A stretch of DNA of 64,000 nt from a virus. This document shows, piece after piece, positions 60,849-64,000 of this stretch. The position numbers and the translations under genes are program-made. Position 1 is the first letter of the stretch. The number at the start of each line of letters is the position of its first letter. The notes under the pieces were generated by a model, which worked only from the letters and a program-made list of their open reading frames with translations, did not search any database and had not been told where the DNA came from. The stretch lies in the IMG/VR virus record IMGVR_UViG_3300031857_000025; one strand, given 5' to 3'.

Positions 60849-61891
60849 AGACTAGATATCTTGAAATCTTAAAACAAGTTGAACAGGAACATACCAGTGA
60901 TAAGACTACTGATCGAAACAGTAGAATACTTATTATTGACGGATTGAATACGTTCATCAGAGTATTTTCTGCAGTACCTGCATTAAACGATGACGGTGAA
61001 CATATTGGCGGAGTAACGGGCTTTTTAAGGTCCGTTGCTTCGGTCATCCGTGACTATAAGCCAACTAGATGTATTGTAGTATTTGACGGTAAGGGTGGTT
61101 CTGCGAGACGTAAGAAAGTTTACTCTCAATACAAAGCTAACCGAGCCGTTAAGACCCAATTCAACCGATACCAAGAATTTGCAAATCTTGAAGACGAATC
61201 ATTATCAATGAAACGCCAATTTGGTCGTATTATTGAATATCTACAAGTATTGCCAGTAACTACATTAGCAGTTGATAATGTTGAAGCTGATGATATTATA
61301 GCATATATTGCCAATGAAATTTATACTAAAGATGAACAAAAGGTAACTATTGTATCTACAGATAGAGATTTCTTACAACTAGTTAATCATCGTATCAATG
61401 TATGGAGTCCGGTTAAGAAGATTCTATATAATCCAGTACGATTAGAAGAAGAACTAGGTATTCCGTCAAAGAACTATTTAATGTATCGAACATTTATAGG
61501 TGATAAGTCAGATAACATACCTGGCATTAACGGCGTAGCATTAAAAACAATGCTCAAGCATTTTCCAATCATGACAGAAGATCGTCAAATAAGTATTGAT
61601 GATATAATGGACTATGCTAAGGGACAAGATAAACCGACTCGTATACATGAAGCAGTATTAAACAGCAAAGAAACATTAGAACTCAATTACAACCTAATGC
61701 AACTTAAGAATGTTGATATTCCAGGTAATGCCAAGATGCTAGCCATTAATACTGTTAATGATCCAGTATCAAAGACCAATGTATATGAATTCAAGAAAAT
61801 GTTCATGATGGATAAAATGTATACCATTATTAAAGATGTGGATACTTGGTTAACAGCATTTAATACCTTAAATGCTTATGCAAATATTTGA
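60845..61891 (+). CDS. 5'-3' exonuclease / flap endonuclease (T4 RNase H, PolI N-terminal-like)
   Basis: IIDG.N, VFDG, YKANR, EADDII, STDRDFLQL, GDKSDNIPGI.GV. Confidence 0.93.
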   Translation: MKTRYLEILKQVEQEHTSDKTTDRNSRILIIDGLNTFIRVFSAVPALNDDGEHIGGVTGFLRSVASVIRDYKPTRCIVVFDGKGGSARRKKVYSQYKANRAVKTQFNRYQEFANLEDESLSMKRQFGRIIEYLQVLPVTTLAVDNVEADDIIAYIANEIYTKDEQKVTIVSTDRDFLQLVNHRINVWSPVKKILYNPVRLEEELGIPSKNYLMYRTFIGDKSDNIPGINGVALKTMLKHFPIMTEDRQISIDDIMDYAKGQDKPTRIHEAVLNSKETLELNYNLMQLKNVDIPGNAKMLAINTVNDPVSKTNVYEFKKMFMMDKMYTIIKDVDTWLTAFNTLNAYANI

Positions 61892-61918
61892 TTTATTAAA
61901 AAATTGTTTATATAATAA
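61887..61918 (+). promoter_or_regulatory. Putative host-type promoter for helicase
   Basis: TTTG(61887-90)-N20-TATAATAA(61911-18). Confidence 0.45.
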
Positions 61919-61921
61919 AGT

Positions 61922-63277
61922 ATGACAGATAGATTAAGTGCCTACGGTTATGCTTTTCAGATAAAAGTTATTACCGCTTTATTTACAGATAAAGCATTTT
62001 TACAACAAATTGCTGATATATTATCAGCCTCGTATTTTGAGAGTGAAGCTAACGAGTGGATTGTAAATACAATTTTAGAGTATCATTTGCAATACAAGAC
62101 AAGTGCAACATTAGAAGTTATGAAAGTAAAACTTCATGAAGTATCTAATGAAGTGCTTGCAACCCAAATTAAAGAACATCTTAAAGATGCATTCCGATAT
62201 ACTCAAGCAGATGACCTAGAGTTTATTAAACAGCAAGCGTTAGATTTTTGTAAGAATCAAGAAATCAAAAAAGCTATCTTATCGGCAGTCGACTTACTTA
62301 AGGTAGGTAGATATGATGACATCAAAGTGCAAATTGATAATGCTTTGAAAGCTGGTGGCGATAAAGAGATAGGTCATGATTACATGACTAGTATAGATGA
62401 ACGATATACAGAGTCTGTTCGTGATACAAAAGAAACGCCATGGGAAATAGTTAATGAATTGACTTCAGGTGGATTAGGTAAAGGTGAGTTAGGAGTATTT
62501 GTAGCTCCTGCAGGTATTGGTAAGTCTTGGGGACTTATTAATATAGGAGCGCATGCGCTTAGGAAAGGAATGACAGTTGTTCATTATACATTGGAGTTGA
62601 ATGAAGCATATGTAGGTTTACGTTATGACTCTGTAGTAACTGGTATTGCTAATCAGAACTTGAAACATTATCAAGATCAAGTTAAGTCTGACTTAAGTAA
62701 ACTAAACGGCGAACTTATTATCAAATATTATCCGACCAAGACAATATCAGTATTAGGATTGAAAGCTCATATTGAAAAATGTATAATGCAAGGAAAGAAG
62801 CCAGATGTCATTATAGTTGACTATGCTGATTTGTTAAGAGGTCATGGTCAAGAGAAACGACATGAGTTGGAAGGTATATATGAAGACCTCCGAGGATTAG
62901 CAGGAGAGTATGAAGTACCGGTATGGACAGCATCTCAAGCAAATAGATCGGCATTGGAAGAGGATGTTATCGGGGCAGAGAAGATTGCCGAGTCTTATGG
63001 TAAGGTAATGGTAGCTGACTTTGTTATATCATTATCTCGTAAGGTGCAAGACAAGTTAGCCGGTACTGGTAGATGGCATGTCATTAAGAATCGTTTCGGT
63101 CCTGATGGTATTACATTGCCAAGTAAAATGAATACTAGTAATGGACAGATTAACATATACGCTGATACATCAGTGCAAGGTAAGGATGCTCAGAAGCAAA
63201 TGGATAATGGAAATGAGTTAGCTCGTAAGATGTTAGCCCGCAAATTCCAAGAAATTCAGAATAATGACTTTGAATAA
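61922..63277 (+). CDS. Replicative DnaB-like helicase (gp41-like)
   Basis: APAGIGKS, YTLEL, IVDYADL, WTASQANR, KNRFG. Confidence 0.94.
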   Translation: MTDRLSAYGYAFQIKVITALFTDKAFLQQIADILSASYFESEANEWIVNTILEYHLQYKTSATLEVMKVKLHEVSNEVLATQIKEHLKDAFRYTQADDLEFIKQQALDFCKNQEIKKAILSAVDLLKVGRYDDIKVQIDNALKAGGDKEIGHDYMTSIDERYTESVRDTKETPWEIVNELTSGGLGKGELGVFVAPAGIGKSWGLINIGAHALRKGMTVVHYTLELNEAYVGLRYDSVVTGIANQNLKHYQDQVKSDLSKLNGELIIKYYPTKTISVLGLKAHIEKCIMQGKKPDVIIVDYADLLRGHGQEKRHELEGIYEDLRGLAGEYEVPVWTASQANRSALEEDVIGAEKIAESYGKVMVADFVISLSRKVQDKLAGTGRWHVIKNRFGPDGITLPSKMNTSNGQINIYADTSVQGKDAQKQMDNGNELARKMLARKFQEIQNNDFE

Positions 63278-63400
63278 AAAAGTTAAGAAAAAGTTACAAA
63301 AAGCAAACAGATAGCAATGACGACGGCATATTTATGTATAAAATTACGTAGTTTTAAAACAATTTATAACAAAAGATTAATTAAACTTTAAGGGAACATT

Positions 63401-64000
63401 ATGAACGTATCTAATGAAATACTCTCTGATATTACTGTGCATATGAAGTATGCTAAGTATATTCCAGAGTTACATCGCAGAGAGACCTGGGAAGAGCTAG
63501 TGACCAGAAATAAAAACATGCATCAAAAGAAATATCCAAATTTAAGCAATGAAATTGAAGAAGTATATAAGTACGTTTATGATAAAAAGATTTTACCGTC
63601 CATGCGTAGTTTGCAATTTGGTGGTAAGCCAATTGAAATATCACCTAATCGTATATATAATTGTGCTTATCTTCCTATTGATGACTGGAGGGCTTTCGGT
63701 GAAGTAATGTTCCTATTGTTAGGCGGTACGGGTGTAGGGTATTCAGTACAACGTCACCATACTGAGCAATTACCAGAGATACGTAAACCGAATATGGATA
63801 GAGAACGTCGATTCCTTATTGCTGATAGTATCGAAGGTTGGGCAGATGCTGTTAAGGCATTAATGAAATCATATTACCAAGGTGGTTCAAAAATTAAATT
63901 TGATTTTTCTGATATCCGTGCAAAAGGAGCCCGTTTGGTTACGTCAGGCGGTAAAGCACCAGGACCACAACCACTTAAAGAATGTTTAATTAAAATTCAA
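63401..64000 (+). CDS. nrdJ: Class II (B12-dependent) ribonucleotide reductase, 5' part, truncated by the window end
   Basis: My translation: MNVSNEILSDITVHMKYAKY...RRETWEE...LPSMRSLQFGG...YNC...GGTGVGYSVQ...DSIEGWADAV...FDFSDIRAKGARLVTSGGKAPGPQPL. Confidence 0.85.
   Translation, partial: MNVSNEILSDITVHMKYAKYIPELHRRETWEELVTRNKNMHQKKYPNLSNEIEEVYKYVYDKKILPSMRSLQFGGKPIEISPNRIYNCAYLPIDDWRAFGEVMFLLLGGTGVGYSVQRHHTEQLPEIRKPNMDRERRFLIADSIEGWADAVKALMKSYYQGGSKIKFDFSDIRAKGARLVTSGGKAPGPQPLKECLIKIQ

Noticed and set aside
751-63644. All minus-strand ORFs in the track (e.g. 8317-8841, 15300-15944, 21291-21638)
   Set aside because: They are antisense shadows of well-supported + strand genes, with no recognisable motifs or start signals
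1-64000. Stop codon reassignment as seen in some large phages
   Set aside because: Coding density is high in code 11, core genes are intact, and TAG (sheath, 51388 ORF) and TGA (29424 ORF) act as true stops
1-64000. CRISPR array, tRNAs, introns/inteins, DGR reverse transcriptase, integrase or transposase
   Set aside because: None seen: the intergenic gaps are short, core genes have normal lengths, and there is no regular repeat-spacer pattern or RT motif. A tRNAscan/Infernal run would be needed to exclude small RNAs fully

Overview
This is a 64 kb, AT-rich, essentially single-stranded-coding (+ strand) segment of a large myophage. It has a T4-like head and tail module: TerL, gp20 portal, gp21 protease, scaffold, gp23 MCP, neck, sheath, tube, tape measure and baseplate. 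The replication genes are not T4-like: T7 endonuclease I-like resolvase, DnaG-type primase, fused Mre11-Rad50, a compact family A polymerase, SSB, RecA, 5'-3' exonuclease, DnaB helicase and class II RNR. Auxiliary genes are ribosomal protein bS21, PhoH and ferritin. The layout resembles bS21-encoding freshwater phages of Bacteroidota; the host is inferred, not shown. Two promoter classes are visible: a late-type ATATTTAT box (about 22 copies upstream of genes) and a host-like TTG-N19/20-TAwAwT. Main leads: (1) a possible ribosome-reprogramming switch, in which SD-less, host-promoter genes including bS21 contrast with AGGA-bearing late genes; (2) a family of apparent capsid cargo proteins with shared [IL]xE-cleavable leaders, including a cytidylyltransferase/ligase-like polyprotein and a PD-(D/E)xK nuclease; (3) a candidate +1 programmed frameshift upstream of the tape measure gene. 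All calls come from motif recognition by eye; no searches were run.
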